From a virus (taxonomy: Duplodnaviria > Caudoviricetes): a DNA stretch of 64,000 bases. A model generated the notes under the pieces. It was given only the letters and a program-made list of their open reading frames with translations, was not told the DNA's origin and did no database searches. The position numbers and the translations under genes are program-made. Positions 45,452 through 55,018 of this stretch are shown in pieces. Position 1 is the stretch's first letter. The number at the start of each line of letters is the position of its first letter. The stretch covers positions 7,896-71,895 of the IMG/VR virus record IMGVR_UViG_3300023263_000001; one strand, written 5' to 3'.

Positions 45452-45993
45452 AACTGCTTTTCCCAATCATCGCTCTCGCCGCCATGCTCTGTGGCTGTTC
45501 GCTCATGCCGCTCAAGCCCGGCAAGGCTTCCATTCTCACTGAGAGTGGCAAGGTCATCTCGGTTCAGCAATCGCAGAACCCGAAGAACGACACGGTGCAA
45601 GATTACAAGCGAGTAACCGACTCGAGCGGTGCCACGACCGAAGAGGTTCACACCAAAATCGGCGCAGCCCAGAAGGACGTGGCTCGCGAGATGGCAGCCA
45701 AGCTTGGCTCACTTCGCCCCGTAATGTGGGTCGGCATACTCGTCTTGCTTTTCGGAATTGCCAGCTTCCATCCCTACCTCCGCGTTATCGTGGGGAGCGT
45801 GACCACGAGCGTCATCATCGTCGTGGCAGGCCTCGGGATGATTGTGCTTCCGTCCCTGATTGTCGGAAATGAGATTCTGATTCTGGGTGTGGGAGTGGGA
45901 GCGATTGTGCTCTACTGGTTCTCCCACCGTCACGGAAAACTTCAAGGCCTCGTGGACGCCAACAAAGATGGCATCGACGACCGAAATCAATGA
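45448..45993 (+). CDS. Lipoprotein with C-terminal TM helices (spanin-like)
   Basis: Lipobox LAAMLCGC; three hydrophobic segments near the C-terminus. Confidence 0.5.
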   Translation: MKLLFPIIALAAMLCGCSLMPLKPGKASILTESGKVISVQQSQNPKNDTVQDYKRVTDSSGATTEEVHTKIGAAQKDVAREMAAKLGSLRPVMWVGILVLLFGIASFHPYLRVIVGSVTTSVIIVVAGLGMIVLPSLIVGNEILILGVGVGAIVLYWFSHRHGKLQGLVDANKDGIDDRNQ

Positions 45994-47117
45994 GCTGCTC
46001 CAACTGTAATCAATCCTGCTGCTCGGGAAACTGCACCTCGGTGTCGAGCTGCAACCCGGGATGCTGCACTCCGTGCAACACCAACTGCGACGCCAACAGC
46101 GCCGCATGCGAGACGCTGCCGAGCGCGCTCGACAATTTCATTCGGTCGTTCTACGGCACGCTGGAGAAGACGGAAGTCGACGGTCAGGTCCGATGGATTC
46201 TTCCCTGTGACCTCGACACCGGAGTCCCCGGAAATCCGAAGGGCACGGACGAAGGTCTGGCCTGCTATTTCAAGCGGCTGTTCGAAGAGGGCCTCGTTGG
46301 TCTGCTCGGTCCTAAAGGCGACACTGGCGCAACCGGTGACGCGGGCAACAACGCCTACACGGTGGCCACGTCGAGCTTCGTCCCGGTGACCATTGCCGGG
46401 CAGTCGGTCCAGTTCAGCATCATCCCGAGCCCGGTAGTCTCGGTCGGCCTGACCATTTTCATCCCCGGCTCCGGCTGGTATGTCATCACGGAAGTTTTTC
46501 AGAGCTCCGTCATTTTCGCGACTCTCCTCGAGTCGATTCCCTCCCCTTCCGCACTCATCACGCCGGGCGCTTTGGTCCTTCCGACTGGTCCCCGCGGGCT
46601 GAGTATCACGGGTCCGCAAGGGCTGCAGGGCGCCAAGGGCGACACGGGAGCGCAGGGCGCAACCGGCGCAACCGGCGCAACCGGCGCAACGGGCGCAACG
46701 GGCGCGCAGGGCTCGACGGCGACCACCACGAACTCGAAAATCATTCCGTCTGGCACCGACTATCCATTGACGAATGCCTACGCGCATGTGGTGTTCGGGA
46801 CGGATGAGCTGGACGCGACGCTCGCGACGGCTGGCACATACCTTTTCTTCGTCACGCTTTTTTGCACCAATGGAACGGGCGCGCCGAAACAGTGGTCCTT
46901 CAAGCTGGTGAACCAGAGCACGGCGGCTGACATCGCCGACTCGCAGTTCAGCGTTGAGATTCCGACCACCTCGAGCACGAACATCACGTGGCCCGTGCTG
47001 GTCACCACGGCAGTCGACGGTCACATCATCGAGGTCCAAGGATTTTCCGCAGTGGGCGGAGCCACGGAAGTTGTGGTCGCGGTTGATTCACGAATCATGT
47101 ATGTCAAACTGTCGTAA
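45990..47117 (+). CDS. Collagen-repeat tail fibre-like protein with Cys-rich N-terminus
   Basis: MSCSNCNQSCCSGNC...; Gly-X-Y runs (GATGATGAT). Confidence 0.7.
   Translation: MSCSNCNQSCCSGNCTSVSSCNPGCCTPCNTNCDANSAACETLPSALDNFIRSFYGTLEKTEVDGQVRWILPCDLDTGVPGNPKGTDEGLACYFKRLFEEGLVGLLGPKGDTGATGDAGNNAYTVATSSFVPVTIAGQSVQFSIIPSPVVSVGLTIFIPGSGWYVITEVFQSSVIFATLLESIPSPSALITPGALVLPTGPRGLSITGPQGLQGAKGDTGAQGATGATGATGATGATGAQGSTATTTNSKIIPSGTDYPLTNAYAHVVFGTDELDATLATAGTYLFFVTLFCTNGTGAPKQWSFKLVNQSTAADIADSQFSVEIPTTSSTNITWPVLVTTAVDGHIIEVQGFSAVGGATEVVVAVDSRIMYVKLS
46656..46700 (+). repeat. Five tandem 9-bp repeats GGCGCAAC(C/G)
   Basis: Encodes GAT x5. Confidence 0.85.
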
Positions 47118-47334
47118 CCCAATTATTCGAGACCCGAATGGGACGTTCAGTGGAAACTGTAACCGGCCCGCGGGAATCAAACGTCTCGACAAGGTGCCGC
47201 GCACGTTGCCGCGTCGCGTCATCAACACGGCTTGCGAGTCGGTGCTTCAGGACGAGGCTGGATTCGCCATCCTGAACGAGGCGGACGGAAGTTTTATTCA
47301 CGACGACTTGATGCAGAACCCGGAGTGTCCTTGA
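47101..47334 (+). CDS. Small hypothetical virion protein
   Basis: MSNCRNPIIRDP...VLQDEAGFAILNE. Confidence 0.5.
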   Translation: MSNCRNPIIRDPNGTFSGNCNRPAGIKRLDKVPRTLPRRVINTACESVLQDEAGFAILNEADGSFIHDDLMQNPECP

Positions 47335-47338
47335 TTTT

Positions 47339-48775
47339 ATGGCAAAAGTTTCTGATTACGTAGAGGCCGAAGAGTCGCTGACACCAAACGGTGGCTGGCT
47401 TTTCGTGGCCGAGCTGCAAGACGACGGCTCCTACATCACGAAGAAAATCGCCCCACACAACGTGGGTGCGGTTGGTCCGGCCGGACAGCAAGGTCCGCAA
47501 GGTAACCAAGGGGCAGACGGAGCCGCTGGCGCAAACGGCGCCGCCGGGACCAACGGCACGAACGGCACGAACGGAACCAATGGCGCGAACGCTGAGATGA
47601 CGCGAGGCTCTACCACGTCCGTCGCGGTGGGCACGGGCTCCAAGGTGTTCAATTTTTCGGTGATTGCCGCGAACCTCGGCTGGGCCATCGGCACGCGAGT
47701 GCGCGCCGCCAGCACGGGCACACCCGCGAACTACATCGAGGGCCTTATCACGGCACTGAGCGACTCTCAGGTCACCGTCAACTCCGACAACTTCGGCGGG
47801 GCGGGCTCGAGCGCAGACTGGAATATTTCCATCGCTGGTGATGTTGGCGCGACCGGTGCAACCGGAGCCACGGGCGCAACTGGAGCCACTGGCGCGAGCG
47901 GAACCCCCGCGGCGAGTGAGCTGCAGTCGAGCGATACGTTTGTCTTCGAAGACTTCGGGAATTATTCGGTGGGCGCCATCTCCACGTTAGACCAAGGATT
48001 CGCGTGGGCTGACGATGGCTCAGTTACGGATGCCGAGATTGTGTCGAGACTCGCGGGTAACTACACGGCGAACCGTCTTGAAATTGGGAATGGCGAGCTG
48101 ATTCGAAAGATGCCTTGGGCTGGCAAGTGGCAGCGAATCTGGATTGGGCTCCTGCTCCGCATCAACGCGAGTGCGACCTTCACATCGGCTTGGGCACTGG
48201 GAATCTGTTCGGGCCAGACCAACACGTTGGGCGCCGGGTCTTGCGACAACTTCATCGGAATGTGTGGCTCAGGTTACGCCGCGGGCGGAACGAATGACCA
48301 CGTTCACACAGCGGGAACCCGTGGAAACTACTTCGTTGACAACCCGTCCATTCGATACGTCACCAAGCGGACCACGGTGAAAACGGACCGCACTGGCGGC
48401 TCGGGCACAACCGGTCAGGCTTTTGCTGGCGCCACTGAAGGTCTCGTGGCACTGACCTTTTTCGAAATCTCTCGGCCCCTATTTGCGCTGGACTCGACCT
48501 CGGTGACATACAACATCGCACGCCACACGACTACTTCTACGGGCATCGAGTTTTACCCGGGCAAGAAGGCTCTCTGGCAGGGTCTCCTCGACGCTCCTTC
48601 CACCACCATCGGTGGACAGGGTTCTTGGTCCCTATTGTGCGGAAGCTCCGCCAACAACACCCTCTCTTTTTCGTTCGACCAATCAACCGGTGTGCTGGAC
48701 ACGTTCAATCTCCTGTGGCCGCACGCATCTCAACCACTCGAAATTCTCGCCTACGGAATTCGGCGAGTGTTCTAA
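47339..48775 (+). CDS. Collagen-repeat tail fibre protein
   Basis: Two Gly-X-Y tracts and a beta-rich C-terminal domain. Confidence 0.7.
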   Translation: MAKVSDYVEAEESLTPNGGWLFVAELQDDGSYITKKIAPHNVGAVGPAGQQGPQGNQGADGAAGANGAAGTNGTNGTNGTNGANAEMTRGSTTSVAVGTGSKVFNFSVIAANLGWAIGTRVRAASTGTPANYIEGLITALSDSQVTVNSDNFGGAGSSADWNISIAGDVGATGATGATGATGATGASGTPAASELQSSDTFVFEDFGNYSVGAISTLDQGFAWADDGSVTDAEIVSRLAGNYTANRLEIGNGELIRKMPWAGKWQRIWIGLLLRINASATFTSAWALGICSGQTNTLGAGSCDNFIGMCGSGYAAGGTNDHVHTAGTRGNYFVDNPSIRYVTKRTTVKTDRTGGSGTTGQAFAGATEGLVALTFFEISRPLFALDSTSVTYNIARHTTTSTGIEFYPGKKALWQGLLDAPSTTIGGQGSWSLLCGSSANNTLSFSFDQSTGVLDTFNLLWPHASQPLEILAYGIRRVF

Positions 48776-48780
48776 AATTT

Positions 48781-49110
48781 ATGCCTGACTATCCAATTGA
48801 TTTAGGAAAAGGAATGGGGGACTACCCCATCTCCGCACCCTCGAAGCCATCCATGGACAAGAAGCACTACCCGTGCCTCTATCTGGACTGGGACGAGAAA
48901 TACAACCTGCCCGAGTCGGGCACGATGACCGTGACGTTCCGCAAGAAGAGCGAGACGAATCGTGAGGACGACCACGGCACGCACCAAACTGTCGAACTCG
49001 AAATCCGTGAAATCGTGGACGTCGAGGCCCCGAAGAAAAAGCGTGGTATCAAGGCCGACCGTGAGGAAGGCGAGAGCGCGCTCGACAAGTATAAAGAGGA
49101 GCTCGAATAA
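48781..49110 (+). CDS. Hypothetical protein
   Basis: ATG 48781, TAATG-coupled to the next gene. Confidence 0.6.
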   Translation: MPDYPIDLGKGMGDYPISAPSKPSMDKKHYPCLYLDWDEKYNLPESGTMTVTFRKKSETNREDDHGTHQTVELEIREIVDVEAPKKKRGIKADREEGESALDKYKEELE

Positions 49111-50069
49111 TGTTCCTCGTGCGTGAAGTCTGGTCCGACGCGAAGAAGATTTTTCGTAACTGCGACGAAACGTTGCTCTACGAGAAAATCGGAGACGCTT
49201 ACGAGCTGCTCGCCTCCAAGGGAGAGACGGACGCCCTCGTCGGCTACGTCGACATCTGCGTTGACTGCGCGCAGTGCATCACGCTGCCTCGAGAGGTCGA
49301 GACCATCCTCGCCGTGAACATGGACGGGCATCCGACCATCGGGCGAAACCCGCTACACACTTTTCACCTGAACGGACCGGGCGACTTCATCACCGTGTGG
49401 CGCTCTTGGACCGACCTCGGAAACTTTCCGACCTACCGTGACCTCCCCTGCCCGGGAAAGCTCGTGGCATACTTGGACAGCCAAGCGGACGAGGGAACGG
49501 AATTGCGTGTGTTTGGACATGACAGCCAGAACCGCCCCCTCCGCACGGAAGTCGGCGGAGTCTGGAGCGACGGATATCTGGTGCCCACCGTCTTCGGGTT
49601 TGCTTTACCGGACACCAATGCCCCCATCATCAGCCGTATCAGTCACATCGTGAAGGCGAACACGGTCGGTGACGTGCGCCTGTCCAGCTTCGACAACTCG
49701 AGCACGGTGAACAGCTCCACGGGCACCCTGTTAGGCATTTTCGAGCCAAACGAGACGAAGCCCATGTATCGCCGAATCAAGCTCTGGCGAAGCGCTAATT
49801 GGGTTCGCATCTGCTATCGCAAGCGCAGCTACCGGCTGTTCAGCCAGTATGACCGAATTCTTTTGCACAGCCGTCTCGCGCTGATTATGGCGATGCGCGC
49901 CGTGCAGTTCTATGATGACACCGACCTGTCGAACGCGACAAGTTACGAGGCACATGCGGTTCGAATCCTGACGGAGAAAGAAGCGACCCTCGAAGGCCCG
50001 GCTCTCACGCCCATTCAGGTCGACGACCGCAACAGCATCAAGAATAACGGCTACGACGACGTTGACTAA
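49110..50069 (+). CDS. Putative head-tail adaptor / tail tubular protein A-like
   Basis: 319 aa preceding a large beta-rich protein; positional inference. Confidence 0.45.
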   Translation: MFLVREVWSDAKKIFRNCDETLLYEKIGDAYELLASKGETDALVGYVDICVDCAQCITLPREVETILAVNMDGHPTIGRNPLHTFHLNGPGDFITVWRSWTDLGNFPTYRDLPCPGKLVAYLDSQADEGTELRVFGHDSQNRPLRTEVGGVWSDGYLVPTVFGFALPDTNAPIISRISHIVKANTVGDVRLSSFDNSSTVNSSTGTLLGIFEPNETKPMYRRIKLWRSANWVRICYRKRSYRLFSQYDRILLHSRLALIMAMRAVQFYDDTDLSNATSYEAHAVRILTEKEATLEGPALTPIQVDDRNSIKNNGYDDVD

Positions 50070-52069
50070 TGGCCACTGCACCTTTTCTTGAAGATGGCGA
50101 CATCAGCTTCGAGGTGGGAATGGATTCAAATTCCCACCCCATCAAGCTGCCGCCCGGAAAATACGCTCGCGGCGAGAACATCGTCAACCGCGGTGGCATC
50201 GTGCAGACTCGCCCCGGCTATCGCTGCCTAACAGCCCTCGCTGAAGGTCGCCTCCAAGGTTTCTGTCTTTTCAAGCCGAAGGTCGGCGCGGAACAACTGG
50301 TTTTCATGGTCGACGGACTCCTCTACGTCGCCGATTTCCCGTTCGACACCGCCCGGCTTCTCGGTGATGTTACTTTTTCTTCGTCTGCGCGGCAGGCTTA
50401 CTGGGCTCTGGTCGAGCAGGCCGTGGAGATGCACACCGACGGCAGCCTCGAGCTCATCGAGCCGAAAAACCTTCTGATTATTCAGGATGGTGGTTTCACT
50501 CCGCCGGTCATCTATGACGGAACTCGTGTCACGCAATCCCGCGGCTTCGGTGGAATCCCAATGGGCGGACCGATGCGTTGGGTGGGCGACCGGCTCTGGG
50601 TAGCGCGCAGCGGACTGCTTTTTGCGTCCGACATCAACAACCCGACCTCTTTCATCGAAGACGTCTATCTCGCGACCGTGCGAGCCTTCGTGCTGCCGGG
50701 AGAAATCACCGCGCTGGCGCGCAATCCTTCGAATGCGATGGCGCAGCTGATTGTTTTCACCGAGAACAGCACGACCGTAATTCAGGCGGGCATTCGTGAC
50801 CGCACGCAGTGGCCAATCACGCCCGACATGCAGCGGGAAATCCTTCCTAAGATTGGCTGCAAGAGTCAGCGCTCGGTGCTTGACCAGTCCGGCTTGCTTT
50901 GGTGGTATTCAGCCAGTGGTCTCGTATCTCTTGACTCCGCCCTCAGCGTCAACGTCTCCAATAAACTCCCGTATCGTGACAGCGAGATGATTGAGAGCAA
51001 GTCTCGTCTTTCCGAGGACTTGTCCGGAGTGGCCTGCGGCACCTTCGAGAACTACATTCTGTGCAGCGTGCCCTACGGAGATATTCTCAACCGGCACACT
51101 TGGGTCATGGACAATTCGGTGCGTCAAAACTATCTGGAGGACGCTCCCCCTACGTGGAACAGCTTCTGGACCGGCACGCGCCCCGTCGAGTGGATTACGG
51201 CGGAGGTCCACGGCAAACAGCGGGTGTTCTACATCTCTCCGGACTATGATGGCGTCAACCGTCTGTGGGAAGCATTATGGCCCGACCGTCGCGACGAGGG
51301 CTGCCCGATTTCGTGGTGGTTCGAGACCCGCGGATACTTTGGGCCACCGGGCGCAATTCTGACGCGAAAGAAATTTCACTACGCAGACGTCCACCTCTCG
51401 GAGATGGTCGGTGACGTGGACATCGGAGTTTTCTGGGCGGGCGCACGCAGGGGAAAATACAAAAAGATTTTCGACAAGCGAATGAAGGCGACCGAGGGCT
51501 GCTTCCGGCCCGACATGGTCATCAACATGAACACGGAGCTGTTCGCGTTTAAGAAACAGTCCCGAGTCGTCCGCACTGAGGACGCCTTGGCGTTGAGTTC
51601 CAATCAGACCGAGAGCTCTTGCGGGATTGAGTCGCCTTGGGAAGAGTTTTTTGACGAGGGCTTCCAGCTTATTGTGGCTGGTTCCGGTCCGTGTGCAGTG
51701 GACGCCGTCAAGATTGTCTATGAGCCGCCTGTGAGCCGTGACGACCTGCTTCGTCAGGACACCTGCGACAATGAGACCGAGAGCAACGTTGTCCGCTTCG
51801 ACGGCGCCGCGGCCGAGTCCCAAACGAGCACACAAGTCGCGCAGGACGCCCTGAGCCACGACGTGCTGGAATTTACGTCAACCATCTCGGCTGCCGTCAC
51901 CAACCAAGGCTTCACCGAGGTTGCCGTTGGCGAGGGCCGCAGCATCATCTCTCAATCGGACGCCGACAAAATCGCCCTCGCGGTTGCCGTCCGGAAGGCC
52001 TCGAGCAAGATTGAGCAGGACCTGCCCTTGGTCGTAAGTCTGGGAGCCGCAGCCAATGAACAATCTTAA
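50069..52069 (+). CDS. Putative tail nozzle / tubular protein B (packaged-DNA stabilisation) beta-propeller protein
   Basis: 666 aa beta-rich, ENIVNRGGIVQTRPG start, RLWVAR..LFASD. Confidence 0.55.
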   Translation: MATAPFLEDGDISFEVGMDSNSHPIKLPPGKYARGENIVNRGGIVQTRPGYRCLTALAEGRLQGFCLFKPKVGAEQLVFMVDGLLYVADFPFDTARLLGDVTFSSSARQAYWALVEQAVEMHTDGSLELIEPKNLLIIQDGGFTPPVIYDGTRVTQSRGFGGIPMGGPMRWVGDRLWVARSGLLFASDINNPTSFIEDVYLATVRAFVLPGEITALARNPSNAMAQLIVFTENSTTVIQAGIRDRTQWPITPDMQREILPKIGCKSQRSVLDQSGLLWWYSASGLVSLDSALSVNVSNKLPYRDSEMIESKSRLSEDLSGVACGTFENYILCSVPYGDILNRHTWVMDNSVRQNYLEDAPPTWNSFWTGTRPVEWITAEVHGKQRVFYISPDYDGVNRLWEALWPDRRDEGCPISWWFETRGYFGPPGAILTRKKFHYADVHLSEMVGDVDIGVFWAGARRGKYKKIFDKRMKATEGCFRPDMVINMNTELFAFKKQSRVVRTEDALALSSNQTESSCGIESPWEEFFDEGFQLIVAGSGPCAVDAVKIVYEPPVSRDDLLRQDTCDNETESNVVRFDGAAAESQTSTQVAQDALSHDVLEFTSTISAAVTNQGFTEVAVGEGRSIISQSDADKIALAVAVRKASSKIEQDLPLVVSLGAAANEQS

Positions 52070-52466
52070 TTCTCTCCGCCCAGTCACGCGCCGCGCTGTC
52101 CCGCTCTTCTACCAGAGCCCGGGAATCTGCGAGCTGCCGGTGCCCTTGAGCGGGTCCGCGGTGGCGGCGGACGCCGACATCGACATCGAGCCAGTGGAAC
52201 GCCGGGCGGGACCTGACAGTCTCGAGATTTTCTCGGCTGGCAGCGACGTTCACCTGAGCTGGCCCAATGTCAGCTACATCTTCTCCTACGTGGTCTACCG
52301 GGCCACTAATTCAGAGGGGCCTTTTGTCCTCCTGACCAGCAATTTAGGGGAGAATTCGTTCGTTGACGCCGGGCTGGAACCCGGGACCTATTATTACAAG
52401 GTGACGGGCATCGAGCCGAACTTCGGCGAGACGTTCCCGACGCCTGTTGTCTCTGTGACCATTTAA
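52056..52466 (+). CDS. FN3-like virion protein
   Basis: VHLSW..YVVYRA...FVDAGLEPGTYYYKVTG. Confidence 0.7.
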   Translation: MNNLNSLRPVTRRAVPLFYQSPGICELPVPLSGSAVAADADIDIEPVERRAGPDSLEIFSAGSDVHLSWPNVSYIFSYVVYRATNSEGPFVLLTSNLGENSFVDAGLEPGTYYYKVTGIEPNFGETFPTPVVSVTI

Positions 52467-52939
52467 TGACGTCTTTGCTCTATGCCCTTCGCGACCCCCG
52501 GTCCGGGGAATACCGATACATCGGTAAGACGGACCGGACGGCTTCCGCACGTCTTGCTGAGCACATTTATCAGTCGAAATCCAAGCGGTCTTACGTGAAC
52601 TGTTGGGTCTCCTCGCTTATCAGCGCGGGAGTTCGTCCGGAGTTAGAAGTCCTCGTAAAGCTCCCCAAAAATGTGATTGCCTTCTGGGAGCGAGCCTATA
52701 TTGCCGCGGCCCGGAAAGCAGGAGTCCGATTGTCGAATCTCTCCGATGGTGGCGAAGGACCCTCCGGAGTTAAGCACACTTTGGAGACGCGAAAGAAAAT
52801 GAGCGCGTCTCACACCGGAAAGCCAAGCCCAATGTTGGGCAAGACGCACTCCGAAGAGACTAAAAAGAAAATCGGCCTCTCATTGGTCGGACGGATTCGC
52901 GGACCATACCGCAAGAAAGGTTCCCATCAGCCTGTTTAA
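52466..52939 (+). CDS. GIY-YIG homing endonuclease with NUMOD3 repeats
   Basis: LLYAL..EYRYIGKT..R..EH; NLSDGGEG; KHTLETRKKMS, THSEETKKKI. Confidence 0.9.
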   Translation: MTSLLYALRDPRSGEYRYIGKTDRTASARLAEHIYQSKSKRSYVNCWVSSLISAGVRPELEVLVKLPKNVIAFWERAYIAAARKAGVRLSNLSDGGEGPSGVKHTLETRKKMSASHTGKPSPMLGKTHSEETKKKIGLSLVGRIRGPYRKKGSHQPV

Positions 52940-53024
52940 GACAAATCTAGTCATCGTCGCCGCGCAACTGCCGCCCGACTTCACGGGAAACCCACAGGAA
53001 TTTTTTGAGGCCCTCGTCGAGCGG

Positions 53025-53987
53025 ATGGAAATCCAGTCCCCGCAGGGAACCAGCTTTTTCGTGGTCGGTGACGTCGAGCCCAGCTCGAACGCCGGGCCTT
53101 GGCTCAAGAACGGAACACAATGGTGGGTGTTCGACATCGACCAAGGGGTGTATGTCCCTCTGGACATCTCCGCCTCTCTCAACCTTTTCGTCGTCGGCCC
53201 CGAAGACCCCGGAACCCCGGAGACCGGAGACCCCACACTGTGGCTTCGGACCTTCGAGACCCGCGCTGTTGGCTGGTATGGATGGGACGGAGTCATCTGG
53301 CGACCTCTGGTCAACCCTCCTCCGAGCGGCACCACGGCCCAGCGGCCCACCAACCCCATAGACCTCGAGCAATTTTTCGACACGGACATCCACACCCTGA
53401 TTCAATGGGAGCGTGGAGCGTGGCGCACCACCTCCGGCAGTGTCGGCGACATCAAGTTCACGGCGCACGCAATCCTTTCGGACGCGTTGCGATACAATCC
53501 CGGATGGAGCTACCTTGGTCAAGACGACCAAAGCATCCGCGGAAAAGTTCTGGGAGTGGCGACTCAGGACATCACGGCTGGAGGCTCGGCCTCATTTTCT
53601 ACGGACTCCGGAATTACTCCTCGTGACGCAGGCGACCAAGCCGGTGCGGAAACGGTCGTTCTCACGTCGTTGCAGATTGAGCAGCACACCCACTTGATGG
53701 GTCACGCCACGGCGCTGCACTCGAACAACGACATTCAGCTGCACCGCGGCCAGAATTCCGACACCATCAACATCCCGCCCATCGTTCCCCCGAATTATTT
53801 TGAGGTGAAGGGCGAAGGCGGAACCGATGGCACCCACGACGGCACCGCAGGCGACGGTCCAGCGGGCACGCAGCTTATCACGAGCCGCCAACTCACTCTT
53901 GCCAACTGGCCCGACTACACGGGCGCAGCCGAGGCGCACCCCAACATCCAACCCACGACGTTCCTTTGGGCTCTTGTAAAAGTATGA
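53025..53987 (+). CDS. Tail/baseplate-associated structural protein (reading frame extends upstream to about 52926)
   Basis: P.GTTAQRP and AHPNIQPTTFLWALVK tail-collar-like motifs. Confidence 0.6.
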   Translation: MEIQSPQGTSFFVVGDVEPSSNAGPWLKNGTQWWVFDIDQGVYVPLDISASLNLFVVGPEDPGTPETGDPTLWLRTFETRAVGWYGWDGVIWRPLVNPPPSGTTAQRPTNPIDLEQFFDTDIHTLIQWERGAWRTTSGSVGDIKFTAHAILSDALRYNPGWSYLGQDDQSIRGKVLGVATQDITAGGSASFSTDSGITPRDAGDQAGAETVVLTSLQIEQHTHLMGHATALHSNNDIQLHRGQNSDTINIPPIVPPNYFEVKGEGGTDGTHDGTAGDGPAGTQLITSRQLTLANWPDYTGAAEAHPNIQPTTFLWALVKV

Positions 53988-54562
53988 ATCAGATTAGCGT
54001 GCAAACTCTGGACGACTTCCTCCCCAATTTTGAGGAGTTCCGTGCTGACGCACTCTCGCGTCGATACTTCACCATGCGCGGCCCCGACGGCGAGCGCTAC
54101 CCGAATCTCCACGTGCTGCCGAGCGACGAGTTCGAGCCCGCGATGTCCGAGCGGCTCGGGCGCAAGGTCTCGATTGACCACTGTTTTCTCCGGCTCAACC
54201 CGAGCGGAGACAACCACCGCATTCACGCGGACATCGCGCACTCGCCATACGCGTTTGTGCTGTATCTCAACGCCCCCGAGCAATGCCAAGGCGGCACCGC
54301 TTTCTGGAGGCACAAGCGGACAGGTCTGGCGTCTTTTCCTCCAATCACCGACCTCAAGAAAGCGAACCGATTCGCGAAAGAGATTTTCGAGACGCATCAG
54401 GACCTCGACAAGTGGGAGATGATTCACCTCGAGGAGATGAAACCCAATAGAATGATTTGCTACCCCACAGTGCAGTTCCACAGCCGCTGGCCCCTCGAGG
54501 GCTGGGGCGAGGGCTCGTCGGGTGCGCGTTTGGTCGCAGTGGGATTCTTTGGAGTCGAATGA
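53984..54562 (+). CDS. 2OG-Fe(II) oxygenase-like protein (DUF6445-type)
   Basis: IHAD, VLYLN, GGTAFW, NRMICY, FHSR. Confidence 0.7.
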   Translation: MNQISVQTLDDFLPNFEEFRADALSRRYFTMRGPDGERYPNLHVLPSDEFEPAMSERLGRKVSIDHCFLRLNPSGDNHRIHADIAHSPYAFVLYLNAPEQCQGGTAFWRHKRTGLASFPPITDLKKANRFAKEIFETHQDLDKWEMIHLEEMKPNRMICYPTVQFHSRWPLEGWGEGSSGARLVAVGFFGVE

Positions 54563-55017
54563 AACTCATCGAACTCAATCGTCACGACCTGTCGCTGGCC
54601 TATCCGATTGGCCACGCCTTCTTGAAAGAGGCGGGACGAAGGCCCTTCAACGAAGAGAGCTTTTACCAGTTCTGGCGATTTCTCCTCGAGAACAACATCG
54701 GGAAAATTTACGGGCTCGTCGAGTATGACACTGACGCAAAAGCTTTTCGTGCCATCGGTTTGTTAGGCGCCACGTTTTCTCCGGACCCCTACACCGGATG
54801 CAAGGCTGCCGCGGAGCAGTTCTGGTATGTCACTCCGGAGCACCGGAAGAGTGGCGTCGGGCTTCAGCTGCTCGACCAGTTCGAGAAGGACGCGAAAGAA
54901 AGCAATTGCGAAGAGCTGGTCATGTGTCACTTCCTGCACATGGGCGCGGGACTCGAGAGGGTTTTTGAAGCGCGGGGATATTACGCCTTCGAGAAGATTT
55001 ACAAAAAAGATTTATAA
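54559..55017 (+). CDS. GNAT-family acetyltransferase
   Basis: EQFWYVTPEHRKSGVGLQLL acetyl-CoA loop; typical position before ejection proteins. Confidence 0.8.
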   Translation: MKLIELNRHDLSLAYPIGHAFLKEAGRRPFNEESFYQFWRFLLENNIGKIYGLVEYDTDAKAFRAIGLLGATFSPDPYTGCKAAAEQFWYVTPEHRKSGVGLQLLDQFEKDAKESNCEELVMCHFLHMGAGLERVFEARGYYAFEKIYKKDL

Positions 55018-55018
55018 T

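Noticed and set aside
52466-52939. Group I intron containing the GIY-YIG gene
   Set aside because: The ORF fills the whole interval; no non-coding P/Q/R/S core is visible.
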